From Octopus sinensis (taxonomy: Eukaryota), in the NCBI RefSeq assembly GCF_006345805.1, contig NC_042997.1, positions 159,650,001 to 159,714,000 of the forward strand: DNA of 64,000 bases, given 5' to 3'. Position 1 is the first letter of the stretch, and each line of letters begins with the position of its first letter. A program made the position numbers and the translations under genes. This document shows positions 1 through 13,113 of the stretch, one piece after another. A model generated the notes under the pieces. It did not search any database and was not told the DNA's origin. It worked only from the letters and a program-made list of their open reading frames with translations.

Positions 1-1194
1 AACTAATCTATGGTACATTCAGCAGAAAAAAGCAACAGACAGTGAAGAGAAAACTGTTCTATGGTTATTGGTTAAAAGTAGCAGGGAAAACCCCGAATAT
101 TGGCAGAGAGACTAGGAACATGTAGGAACATGTGTGTAAGTAAAAGCATCCCTTGCATGCATCATTGTGACCAAAGACACATAATCCACAGACTACATAT
201 TCCTGTCCTGTACCTAACCAACATATCTGCGTCCTATTGCTTCTAATCAAACATGTATCAACATGTAAAACCTCACTTGACCTTGTAGCTGTTGTTATGG
301 CATTCATCAATAACTGATGGCTGATCAGATGAGAACACATGTGTTTAAAGAGTGATTTTTTTTACTGTTTTTTCCGAGCATTTCTCGCTTATACATTAAA
401 GGATCTATCTATCTACCTATCTGAGCATAATTAACACATGCACTATACATGTAAAATAAAATTCATTTTGAAGTGAACGGTGAATAAAATTTTTTCGTGA
501 CTAATATAATATATATAATGATTTCCAATTTAAGGAAATCTAGAATGCGTTTCATTTTCATTGAGCGGAGAGTCACTGACAGAAGTGTTAAACTTGCCGT
601 AACATGCCGCAGAATAAGCGATCGAAGTGCTCATTGAAGTTCATTTCATGATCTATAGAAATGACGTTTGTGTGTTATTTACGTGTTCACCATCTTTGTG
701 TGATTTAGGACGACTGTCACTTTACAACTACGTGGTTACACGTTCGATCTTCCTACGCAGCATTTTAGAATAATATCTTCTATCAAATCCTCTGACCCAT
801 AGTGTGGAAATTCTAATTTTGGGGCATGTTAGACTTACCGACCTCACTTAACTTTTGAAGGTTTTTAACATACTACACTCAATTACAAAGAGCGTTGTCC
901 CTTTCTTAGTATTATCTTTTCCTATCTGCTTCCATATATCTACTTAGTTGAGGAGGCTGAACAATTCAATATCAATCTCTCTGAAGTTATTTATTATGGT
1001 TTTATCTTTTCCTGTATTTAATAATAAGATACGATGGAAATATTTTAAAGACGGCTTCATACTAAGGGAAAATAAAAAAAATAATGCTGCAATCACAATA
1101 TTATGATATTAATAGAAAAATGCTAAAAATTGACGTAAATGTAAATAGAAATAATCTGCTCTGGATCATATCAATTATTCACACACACGCACGC

Positions 1195-1263
<69 letters not shown>

Positions 1264-1701
1264 TATATATTGAAAACAAACAAAGAAAATTGACATAAAT
1301 ATGCAGATAGAAATAATCTGCCCCTGATCATATCAGTTATCCACACACACACACACACACATTCACACATCCACACACCCACACATACACGAGAACATAC
1401 TCACACACACATATATGCTGAAAACATCAAAAAAGTGAATGCTTTGAGAACTTTATCGTGGAGAAAGTAAGACAATATTTACGATATTAACTAAGCAACT
1501 ACCGGTTTCGTTATATAAAAGGAAAAATAATTCAAATACATTCAGTTGAAGTTTTCATAATATCAGTTCTGGAAGTTTACGGGATTTTGTTATAAAAATC
1601 ACATAGTGCTCTATTTCCTGTCCTTTCTGTTGTTGAGTAGCAGCTGACAGCACTAGCAGCCAGCAGTGAGTTAACATGAAGCAGTAGAAAAAACACCGAC
1701 C

Positions 1702-1780
<79 letters not shown>

Positions 1781-1782
<2 letters not shown>

Positions 1783-2747
1783 CATAAACACAAAGAAGAA
1801 GAAGAAGATGATGAAGAAACAACAAAAGCTATAAAACAAATGAAATCCAAACTAAAAATAGAACACCAACGAGCCATGATAAAACGATGGCAAGAAAAGC
1901 CCCTTCATGGTAAATACTGCACTAAACTAAACGCAAAAGAAATAGACAAAGAAAAATCCCAGCAATGGTTGAGAAGCTCAGGACTCAAAGCAGAAACAGA
2001 GGGATTTTTAATTGCAGCACAAGACCAAAGCCTCCCCACCAGAAATTACCAAAACATGTAATGAAAAGAAATATTACAAGTAACTGCAGAATATGTGGAG
2101 ATGGACAAGAAACAATAAATCATATTATCTCTAGCTGCCCAGTCCTGGCTAAGAAGGAATATATTCACAGACATGACAGAGTTGGAACCTACATACATTG
2201 GAAGCTATGCCAACATTCTGGAATAACAACAGAAAAAAGATGGTATAGGCACACACCAGAAAAGGTCACAGAAAACGAGAAAGCAACCACACTCTGGGAT
2301 ATGCCGATACACACAGATAGAGAAATTAAGGCCAACAGACCAGATATAGTTGTCAGAGATCATGAAGAAAAAAATGCTTTCTAATTGATGTATCAATACC
2401 GGCAGATGACAACGTGTCTCTAAAAGAAATGGAGAAACTCTCAAAATACAAAGACCTGGAAATAGAGATAACTAGAATGTGGAACCTGAAAACAGAAACA
2501 ATTCCTATCATAGTAGGTGCATTAGGCATGATAAAAAAATATTCAGACAAATACATAACAAAAACACCAGGACTTACAAACACATATAACATACAGAAAA
2601 TTGCACTACTAGGCACTGCACACATCCTACGCAGAACACTTTCCATACAATAACCATCAGAGCATCACAACAAATCACAGCACATACCCAAGGCACACAG
2701 AGCTGCGCTCGGTAGTGAAGTGAAAGCACGCTATAAAAATAGTAATA

Positions 2748-2750
<3 letters not shown>
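1781..2750 (+). mobile_element. 5'-truncated R4/Dong-like non-LTR retrotransposon (CCHC knuckle plus restriction-like endonuclease) within (TAA)n
   Basis: Translates, with two frameshifts, to PLHGKY...KAETEGFLIAAQDQSL...CRICGDGQETINHIISSC...RHD...NRPDIVV...LIDVSIP...KLSKY...IVGALG. (AAT)n flanks both sides (1702-1780, 2751-2788). Confidence 0.9.
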
Positions 2751-2789
<39 letters not shown>

Positions 2790-5463
2790 CCTTAGTGGCA
2801 AAAAAAAACATTTAGAGAAAAAAATTTAAATATTATTAAATTTTAGAAAGTAAACGGCTATATATAAATGAAATTATCGGTTCTGCACTTACAAAATTGA
2901 GTATCTTAGAAGATTTGCACCACACACATGAAAACTCAGAACTCCTCTGACGCATGTGTACAGATTGAGATCTGTTGGCATATTTTGCATCTGTTTGGCA
3001 TTACTATTTTGAAAGGCGATGAGCCTATATTTAAAATATCGGTGGAGAAAAGGGTCTTGATGTCAAAATGTCAAACATGATTGAGGAACTACAAGAGAAA
3101 TAACAAGAACATCATTAAAAAATTGTCAGTAAATCTTTTTCTCTATTAAAAACCTACTTTAACTGAGAAGTGCCCAAACTGAATGTCAGTATTTCAAAAC
3201 GTGATATTTTGAAACAAATATTTTATAAAAGAATAATATACATAAAAGAATAATATACATTTCTTCGTAGAGTACGTGATATTTGCAGTAGACATTAGGA
3301 AAAAATGAATGATTTTTATAAGCGTTAGTCAATGGCTTAGTTGTGACAACAATATTTGGAGAAGTTAAACATAATGCCTTATAAAGTTGATAAAATGTGT
3401 ACCTTAGAAATTCAAAATATCGTTATCTATGTGTTATAAAATGCATAGCAACTCACATACTTATTCCAATGGAAGGTACTATTCATCATGTTATGGACAC
3501 ATTGCCATCAAATATTCATAATCCTTTACAAATTATTGTTGATATTTAACAACAAAGCAATATTGGTCATAATTCAAAATATTATCGACACATCTATATG
3601 GTTAAAGAATTTATTGAGTTGCATAATTTTGTTGAAATAAACAAGTCACATAATGGCGATACCATTGTGATTTGTACTTAAGAAAATAGGTTGCAAGATT
3701 CGGAATACGTGTTGTCTGAATTAGCTAAAGAAGATGCTTAGCCATTTTGCATTGTAGGATGGATGCACTAGCTTTTTGTTCAAATTCCCTTTTTATTTCA
3801 ATTCAGTACAATTAGTGTTACAGAAGTGATGGCATTAATCTTTTGTACTTCTCCATGTATACAAAATAACTGTAAAATATCTACAATAGTATTATGTTTT
3901 CACTTGTAATTAGTTATAACAATAGAATCGTTGACAGGAAATAAAGTTTGACTAGAATGCAAAATGCGGGTACAAAGAATATTCTTAAATATTGAGATTG
4001 GAAAAGTACAGAGGAAGCGGTAATTAAACTTGTAAAAGTACAGGAAACAAGAAAAATAACAAAATGTCATTCAATTCATTTTGTGAAAACTGCTCCCGTA
4101 TTGATTCTTCAACATAATTTTGTTCCACTGTTCATTGCTTAGCAATTCGCCCTCTGACTCATATATCTTCCTTATCTAGGTCACTAATCACTTTGTAAAC
4201 TGTTACAGGAATCTCATCAGATTATTGATGCCAGTTCTATATATTCAAATATATATTCTATATATGTATATATATATATATATATATATTCTCTATATTC
4301 ATTTTTCGCTTTGTTTTTAAACATCAAAACTTTTAGCATAAATTAAACACAAATAGCAGACTCTAAAATGATATTCAGATTACCTCCAAATCAATGGCAT
4401 TCCAAATTCTATTTCCTTCTTCTTCCTACTTGCCAATCCTCACATATTTACAAGACACGTTTCGCAAAATTGATGAGAAACCCAGCCCTTATCTTGGTTT
4501 ACTATTTTCAGTTTAAAGTATAGAATTTATAACTTTTTAAATAAATCATTGAGTTTTCTTCATTGTTTCTGCAAAACAAAAACTGAGGATCATTTAAGCA
4601 TTTTCTTCGCTTCGAAGACATTATTTACTATTTTTATCGTGAAATCATAAAGCAAACATTAAAAAATGAATTTATGCATGAAAGCAGTCTTGTCAATTTC
4701 CTTGAAACTATTTGAGAGTTTTCCGAGATAATTGTTAATAAAGAAAATACTTTTCTTGCCGAAAAAATTTAAGGCATCTCTATACAATATTCATTCCATG
4801 AAATCAATTCAAATGGCCTTACAAAATTTCAAGAATCTTTGACATTGTAATGGTGTTTGAAATTTTATGAAACAATTCATATAATTTTCTATATCTTTGA
4901 AATATCGGCGGCAGCAAAATTGTAATAAGAGAAAACTACTTAAATTTGGCAAGAATTTTCTGAAGAGTATTCAACAAATACCCAAATTTTAATAAATCTC
5001 GTAGGTACATTTTAAGTGATTTTTCCCGCCAACAGATTGTATTAAAATGTATAATCTTGTCATACTCAGAGAAAACGTTCCAGCAATACTCATCTCAAAT
5101 ATTGAACCGCTCAAAAATATTCACTTCTACAACACGATGAATCAAGTTGAAACAGAAATAGAAAATCTTTCATCCCCCAAATAGTCCTCTTTTTTCAATT
5201 GTGAAAACCAGACAATGACATTCCACTTAATTGAATTATATAATCCAGAAGGAACAATAGTATGACCATCTCCAGATCATAGTTTCATCACAATTCTGAT
5301 TTTACCAGCTACAGTATTTCCGCCATAGAAAAATAATACAAAATGTGAATAAATGAGCACATTCAAAGTCAACACTGTAAAATTATTTGAGGATATTTAT
5401 AAACATTAAATGGGCAATTTCATTGTTGGCTATTGTAATAATTGATGTCGGCCGTAGTAGAAG

Positions 5464-5501
<38 letters not shown>

Positions 5502-5899
5502 GTAGTAGTAGTAGTAGTAGTAGTAGTACTAGTAGTAGTAGTTGTAGCAGCAGCAGCAGCTGCAGCGGCGGCAGTAATATTAGTTTTTGTTGGTTATTAT
5601 GGTTGATTTTGTTGGTGACTTTACGCTACAATCCGCCTATTTCGAGCAAATATATTATATCAAAGGTATTGGAGTCCAAACTATACAATTATATTATTTA
5701 ATATGTGGGTATTTTGTTAGATAATTGTACGGGATTTTAGAAATATTTGCTTGTTACTTCTGGCAAGTAGAGCGACAATGTTCAGGCTTGTTTGAGAAAT
5801 TGTAGTAGTTATTGTTTAGCTCCTGTTCCATGAGACTAATCATTCGAGACATGGCCATCCAGACTTTACGTGTATGGCCATAAGAATGGTAGCGTGCGA

Positions 5900-7000
5900 T
5901 GTGAGGAAGATTTGACTCCTATCACAAAGTATAAGAGAATTTAAGTAGAGCAAGGATATTATACCTATAAAAACAATAGGGTTGTTGACTCTATCTCAAA
6001 GTCATCGGAATGAATTACAAAGTCAGTACAATTCTGGTTTTGACGTCCAGGCTGATTTTGTCACCGAGTGTGCTGTCCAATATCCCAAACGTTGGCACTA
6101 GCGCTTGTACTGCAAAAGCATTCTACAGAAGTACCCTTTTGTTACGTTGGCTTCAGTGACAGCACCAATATATGCAACCTTCTCATCGATTCGAAGTAGT
6201 AGAGATAGACAAACCGATAATATATATGTTCTCTGGTCAACAATCTTACCTCAGTTGACTATTATGCATGAGCATCTATCTTGCCCAAACTATATTCGTT
6301 TATCTCGTGGGTATGTTGTAACCAGTTTGAATTGTCTCTTGATGTTCGTAATATTACAGAATATAATTTTAGCTCATCAACAAAAACTGTTAGGGTAACA
6401 TTAATTTTATCCTTTTCTGCATATCCCTGCATGTACCCTTGGCATTGTGTTAATAGGGCTGACAAATGGATTCACCGTCAGTACAACCTGCATTACAGAT
6501 AAATTATCACACTGGAATATGTCTATTTATCGCTTGATTCTTTTTGTAACAATAAGAAATGCTTTAGTAGTTGTCGAGGATAATTGTGTGAACCACATTG
6601 CAGTGTATCTTTCAATGGCATTCACTAGAATGCCATTGAAATACAGCAGCTTGTAATTTGTCAAGGTGTAATATTTCTATCCTGCATGAGTGAGACACAG
6701 AGTCGAACAATGTCTTGTAGTTTAGCTATACAGTTAAACGTTTACACCAATGTGATTGGTTTCTTTAAAGACAGCTTTGTTGGGGAGGGGCTGTTCTGAA
6801 CAGCCCCAGACTCTTTTCTTTTTTCTGCCTATTCGTCGATTATTACACCATTTGTTTGGCATTGGCGTTGTAAAAACATATCCAGACAGTTTACCGTTTG
6901 CATATGACGTTCAGGTATGCAATGGATTTATAGTTTGGCGCCACACTTGTCTCTTTGTTCTTGTGGATAAGAGTAGTCCATGAAACCATCAGTCAATTTT
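5900..7000 (-). mobile_element. Degraded R4/Dong-like reverse transcriptase fragment
   Basis: Remnant RT motifs APNYKSIAYLN, NYKTLFDSVSHS (cf. DYKKAFDSVPHS) and FVDELKLY (cf. FMDDLKLY), with many stops and frameshifts. Confidence 0.7.
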
Positions 7001-8347
7001 ACTCAGTGTCCATTAAAAAAAGAAAGCATTTTCGTAAACTTTCATGCCGAGACTTGAAAATAATTTTGGACTTCGCTTTGCAATAAAGTGCTTCTGTTAA
7101 ACTTACGAAACAAACGCTACAGTAACATAGGTAATGCTCCAGACTTCATATCTTTTAACTGTGAGCCGAGTATGTGTTTTTCGCTGACACAAAAGGTCGG
7201 GAAAAGCAAATTCACCGAGAATACGACACCCTTTTTTGTCATCAAAGGAATGGAATACATTCAATAGGTTCCCTATGGCCAAACAGTCATCAAAGACAAC
7301 TTTGTGAATAGTTTGAGGGAATTAAGAAAGGGCTTTCGTTGTAAAAGGCCACAGTGCCTTGACCAAGAGAAGGCACCACTCCACAGCTCGAACGCAGAAT
7401 AATTGTGACAACAGCTTAAAAAACAAAGGTGGCCAGCAAGGCGCTACAGACATTCGAAACTTGTCGCTCTATAATTCCGACTAACACTCCTGTGCCATCA
7501 GGCTAAATGAGTCCTTGACATCAAATACTGTCTTTCACAGCACTCATCATTGCCAAAGTCCCCTTAACTAATACAGCCAGTAGTTGGGGTAAAATTCTGT
7601 ACGGTTTAGTCGTCATCTGTCATGCGTAGTATGTTCATTGTATTGTGATCTCTTCAGTCCTTGATGTTGTCAAATCAGGATTTTTTCAAAATGGCCTTTA
7701 TAACATTAAATATTTTACAATGACAAAAATATATTGATTTGTTAGAATGATCACCATTGTCGCCCATCCACAATATACTTCTCGTTACTAATATTTTTCG
7801 ACGAACTTTTCAGAATTAGATTCCTATTCATAGAGTTATTTTATTTGAACACCACCGTTGTGTAGATTACTCTTATGATAGCTGAGATATTCTGATACAA
7901 ATTCAAATTTTGGAATTACCATTTTTTTGTGACTTAATGTCGCACTACATTTTTCACAGCTAATTATTTTTAAATGAATAATTTTTAAACGAAGTTTTCA
8001 GCAAAAGATACTTCTTATTGAGCACATTCTTTGAAAGCCAATTTACTTTTAAAAATAATTGAAATATTTTAATTCAAAGTTAACTTTTCGCTTTACACCA
8101 GTTTCTGCCCTCACATATTATGATCTAACTATTTCTTTTAATGAACCAAATTTCAATTATTTTATATCCAAACGTATTTTAGTACTGGACCATCATTGCT
8201 AAAACAAACTGCATTCAATTTGGTTGAGAACTGAATTAGTAATGAAATCTACAACCGCGGGCAAAAGCGTAAAGGTTGACAACAAGCGTATATACACCAC
8301 CTATCGTTGGGTGAAGGGTAAGTATATATCAGCAAAATCCACCAAAC

Positions 8348-8515
8348 AATGACTGTGTGTGTCACTGTGGGTTCAAAGCACGAAGCAAAGCTGGGTTAGC
8401 TGTCCACTCAAAAAGACATTTTGATCCAATGAATACGTGCAAGTGTACCATTTGTGAGAAAGTTTGCAAGACATCTGGTGGATTGAAGGTACGCATGCGG
8501 TGTCGCAAGCGTTAG
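8348..8515 (+). pseudogene. Two C2H2-type zinc fingers (second degenerate), probably the C-terminus of an RTE-like LINE ORF
   Basis: Frame reads NDCVCHCGFKARSKAGLAVHSKRHFDPMNTCKCTICEKVCKTSGGLKVRMRCRKR*; no ATG or clear exon context. Confidence 0.5.
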
Positions 8516-8931
8516 GAATTGTTGAAGGTTATTTGCTGAACCCTCATTCATCGTCTTCGATAGGAGAATCCACCATATATATATATATATATCAAATATT
8601 TTTATCGAGTTAGAAAACTGAGAGATCTACTGGATACAAATAAATTTATTGATTAATTAACATATTCACTTACAGTTGTTTCATTTCAGAAGCAAAATTA
8701 AAATTACAAAACATTTATAAATATATAATTTCGCTTTTTAAGTACCTTGTATGAAGGATCATCAAGGTGTACAAAGGACAATACAAGGATAATATTAAGA
8801 TGCGTCTGGAATACTCAGTATAGACATGTTTATTATGTGCGTATGTATATGTGTGCGCGCGCATGCGTTAAAATTATTACTTTTATTTGTATTTCAATAA
8901 TTATAATAAAAATGATAATAATAATAATCCT

Positions 8932-10641
8932 TTAAAAGGATTGACGTAACTCTTCACAAAGGTAAACAGTCAAGACGAAAAGCGCGATTCGATTGTAATA
9001 GATAGTTTATTGGTTGAACGATATTTCGACAGTAAACCTGTATTTGTCGAGTTCAAAATAAGAAGTGATAAAAATTCAAAATTATAAAAATTTAAATTTA
9101 ATGTATGAACTAGAGCAACCAGCGTACACATGTTGATGAAATGACCTCATCAGTCTTTAAGTTTCAATTTTATAACAAGCGAAAAGAAAAAAACAGAAAA
9201 GAACTGAAAAAAATGAGGAAAGAATAAAATATTTAATCAAACAGTTTTGAATAAATTTGATGATATTCTCTTGTCACTTTGTTCATTCCTCCTAGGCCTG
9301 ATGTTAATAATCCGCAAACATATTTCTCCCCATGCATTTTGAGAAGAGAAAATGAAGCAGATTCAGAATATTTTCTGAGAATATGTACTTTCAAGTCTTT
9401 TTCAAAATTGCAGCCGTTTGAAGCAAAATGTTCAGCAAGTTCTGTTGAACAATTGGTTTTGTGTCTGACGTCATATCTGTGCCCATTAAATCTTTTGTTT
9501 AATTGTTCTGTTGCACAACCAACATCAATCAAGTTGTGTTTCATGCATTCTGCTGCGTACACCAAATGGAAATCTTTACGTGTTCCACCTTCTGTATAAA
9601 TCAACATTTCTGTTATCATTCATATCCGCTGCAAATTGGGCGCATGAAAGGAATTCTTTCGAATTTTTTGTGTACTGTAGGGAGACCATAAAATACAGGT
9701 GTTCTTCTTTCTGACTGTAAAATCCTTGATTTGACCTTATTAATGAAATTGTTTTCTTCCATTTCCAGAATTATTTTGTCAAGTTCCTCTCTGTAATTGG
9801 GGTTTGGATCGACAGTTAATTTTTCATATGAAGTTTTGTCATTTAAAAATTCTTCTTAAGCGAAATATACTCACTTCTGTCCATAATTTCGATAACGCCT
9901 CCCTTATCCGTTATTAGCTTTATTGTCTACACCCAGCAATATTAATTTTGAACGATAGTTTTCAATAATTGCTTCCATTATGTTAAATGAATTGCTCTCA
10001 CCAATTAATTTAAGCTTTCGAAGCAATGAATCGCTAGTCTTTGATGCACACATTGATGCACACAATTTCTCTATTTCTGATTCGTATTTAAATGGTACAA
10101 AATCCATTGGCCCAGGATTGGGCTCAACACTGGGGTCTAGTGAAAGTAACAGGGCTGACAAGCTACCTGTAAGAAGGAATAAAACACAAAAACTATAATT
10201 TACATTAAGATTTTCTTTAGACATCCGGCTGCTTTGGTAACTTCCAGAATTTCTATGTGTTCCTATTGTTATTCTGTGTACCATAAAATCGGTCATCTCA
10301 ATCTAATCGATTTTGATATATTAAAAGAATTTATGTAACTCTTCACAAAGGTAAACAGTTAAGACGAAGAGCCCGATTGGATTGTAATAGATAGTTTATT
10401 GGTTGAATGAAATTTAGCCTGTCTTTGTCGAGTTCAAAATTCAAAATTATAGAAATTAAAATTTAATGTATGAAGGAAAGCAACCAGCCCCCACGCGTTG
10501 ATGGAATGACATCATTCGTCTTTAAGTTTAATTTTGTAACAGGGGGAAAGAAAAAGATGAAAAAATAGAATAAAAACAGAAAGAAAGAAGAAAGAAAAAA
10601 GAAATAAAGTAGAATATTTAATCAAATAGTTTTGTATAAAT
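8932..10641 (-). mobile_element. Internally deleted Penelope-like element with direct pseudo-LTRs (8932-9257 and 10321-10641)
   Basis: N-terminal ORF 10296-9904, then PLE RT N-terminus (MDRSEY...FYGLPTVHK...RPICSG) fused directly to GIY-YIG (LVYAAEC...VG...LNKRFNGHR...LAEHF, ORF 9233-9619). The ORF 3' end (YSKLFD*/YTKLFD*) is repeated in both pLTRs. Confidence 0.88.
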
Positions 10642-10644
10642 ACT

Positions 10645-13048
10645 AATACTAGACTTTCCAACTCTCCTCTAACATTTACTAGGAATTACACCTCCTCACA
10701 CGTGCCTAATAAAAGCGGCGGGGGATCTAGTCTCCATTGGCTTGAAATGTTAAGGGCCCCGCTAAAGCATTCTTTAAAATAGTAGAATCTAATTGCCCAC
10801 GTAACCATAAGTACTATTCTATCTTTAACAGATCCACTTTGAAATTATTTATCTACACCAAATATAGAATCAATTATCACCTCATCTAACAAACGTAAAC
10901 CTAGCTGTTACAATCTAAATGCATACCATAGACCTACACAATGAAAACGCTATCGCAATAACATATCTAATGCCCCTGGCTCGACTACTTTAAACAACTT
11001 AAGCATACACAATATAGTCCCCTCCTCGGAGAGTAATGGGCGCACAGCTGAAACTGAGGAAAACATTAACAGGCACGCTGATACTAACAATACTAACTAT
11101 ATTATAACCACTACAACTAATAATACATATACTTCAACTACTAATAGGACTAGCAATAATATTAATACTAGCACCAACGACAACATTACCATTACTGTAA
11201 ATAATAATACTACTAGCACTCCAACCACAAATAGTTGCAATAATAACATAACTAATACCACCTCCTCTACCACTGCTAATACTAACATTACTACCAATGA
11301 TACTACTACCGCACCTGCTGCTGCTATTGCTGCCACCACCACCACCACCACAACAACAACAACTACTACAACTACTACTACTACTACTACTACTACTACA
11401 ACTACTACTACTAATGGTAATGACAATATTTATAACAACGATGCCGATAACGGTAGAGACAATAATAATAATAATAGTAACGCTTGTGTTGATATTAATA
11501 GTAGAAATGACAGCAATAATAACAGCAATATTACGATCAATTCAACTAATACTACGCTAGCTACTACCAGCACTACTTCATCTCTATCCCCAATTAACTA
11601 TCGTAGAATTGACAGCTGCAATTGCTGATCCGGGCGAGACTGCCCGCTGCAAGCCCAATGCAGAAGATTCAACGTCGTATACTAATGCACCGTTCGCAAC
11701 ATAGAAAATAACTTCTTTAGCTACTGCAGTGGATCTACTACATTTTTTAAACAAAGATATCATCCACATTTAAACTCGTTTAGATATAAAGGGAATAACA
11801 AATCCATGTAACTAGCCAGCTACGTACACCATCTAATTAATAGAAAAATACAATATAAACTTTCCTGAGCAATAATAGACTCGGATATCCCGTATCAGGA
11901 CCAACACTCCATTTGTGGAGTGTGCTTAAAAGAAACCCTCAACATGTTAACCTGTAACTCACCACAATTGCTTAATAAACACAACGAAGACTTCGCTAGG
12001 TGTAAGCATAAATTCTTCCACGCTTTTAAAGTCTTTCATAAATCTAAATGTAAGTTCACCTCCCACGAATGACACCCACATACAAACTCCGGTGATCATT
12101 AACACATACCTCTCTATATCTCTTCTATCTCTCCTATATCTCTTCTATCTACCTCATCTCTTATATCTCTTCTATCTACCTTACCTTATCACTTTATGAG
12201 ATCAATATTCTTTAATTCAACTTTAATTTACTTTCAAACCATAAACTAATAAATCCCCTAATATTTCCTTCTAACTCCAATTTCGTAAATAATTTAACAT
12301 TCAATTAGTTCCTTCATTCTCGACCGCCTACACACCTATAACCCTATTGTTAAAAATAACTCTAAAGCCACTGATTTTAGCCAGAACAGACACAAGAATT
12401 TACTACTAGATTTTCTCTCCAACTCCTATAGACTAGAAGAACACCACTGACAACTACTACTCTTTTAAAATTTCTTTCATTGCTCTATTTTGTTAAATTT
12501 TTTACGTTATCTTCCTCTATCTCCTCATCCTCTCTCTAATCTTCTCGGGTATCCTTGCACACTATATTCATAGACACTATATACTTATATGCCTTACTTC
12601 ATCCTAAAGCCAATCCTTAACTCTCCCTCACTCTATCTACCTCTCTTTCTATTCATTTACTTGTGTATTTAATTACCACTTAATAACGCTAACATTCTGT
12701 TATTGAACGTTGATATGTTCGCGCCTTTTCTGGATGTTTACAATATCAGGACTTTAACCAACTTAGATCTACGTAGAATTGCACCGAAAGACTTATGCAC
12801 TTGTTTCTACAAGATCGGAAAATTGAGCTGTGAACTTTTTTGTTTCTTTCTTCTTTTCTCTCTTCATCTCCTTATTCCTTTACTATTGCCATCTATATTG
12901 TCATTTCATTAATCTGTACCCTCCTCACTTTCCCTATTTTTCTCTGATTACGGAATATTCCACACTCTGGGATATCCTAGAAACAGCTGTAAGACTTTGC
13001 ATTTTTTCAATAATAATAATAATGTATGTGACCTAAACCCACATAACT

Positions 13049-13055
<7 letters not shown>
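10645..13055 (+). mobile_element. 5'-truncated Naiad-type Penelope-like element: post-RT linker, Thr/Asn-rich insert, GIY-YIG, CT-rich 3' region, hammerhead
   Basis: KAFFKIVESNCPRNHKYYSIFNRSTLK / PNIESIITSSN (10760-10890). CNC*SGRDCPLQAQC..VVY..FKQRYHPHLNSFR...CGVCLKE...LNKHNE...CKH (11617-12072) is in one frame with 4 internal stops. Confidence 0.82.
12941..12994 (+). ncRNA. Degenerate type-I hammerhead ribozyme at the 3' end of the Naiad-type PLE
   Basis: tct-CTGATTA-imperfect stem II-GAAAC-AGCT-GTA-aga. The core G8 position is mutated to T. Confidence 0.6.

Positions 13056-13109
<54 letters not shown>

Positions 13110-13113
<4 letters not shown>

Larger units (their letters stand above)
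1..7590. repeat. Arm 1 of a large inverted duplication (partner 22246-29850); may extend left of the window
   Basis: Position 1 (aactaatctatggtac) is the reverse complement of 29850 and 7590 is the reverse complement of 22246. The ORF track is mirrored between the arms. Differences are scattered SNPs and microsatellite lengths. Confidence 0.97.

Noticed and set aside
2900-5350. AT-rich stretch with faint hAT-transposase-like remnants (similar impression at 33400-34500)
   Set aside because: Too degraded to support a motif call by eye; needs a BLASTX or HMM search.
8667-8770. Hammerhead-like remnant on the minus strand (TTGATGA...GAAAC-AACT-GTA)
   Set aside because: Core C3 is mutated, stem II is not convincing and the loop is not palindromic; at best a dead relic.
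11097-11560. Poly-Val and poly-Leu ORFs as membrane proteins
   Set aside because: Alternative frames of the ACT/ACC/AAT-rich PLE linker.
11626-11628. In-frame TGA after CNC in the Naiad GIY-YIG as a possible selenocysteine (some Naiads encode selenoproteins)
   Set aside because: It falls where Arg is expected (CGA to TGA by CpG decay), not at a Cys. The frame also has TAA stops and no SECIS was recognised.
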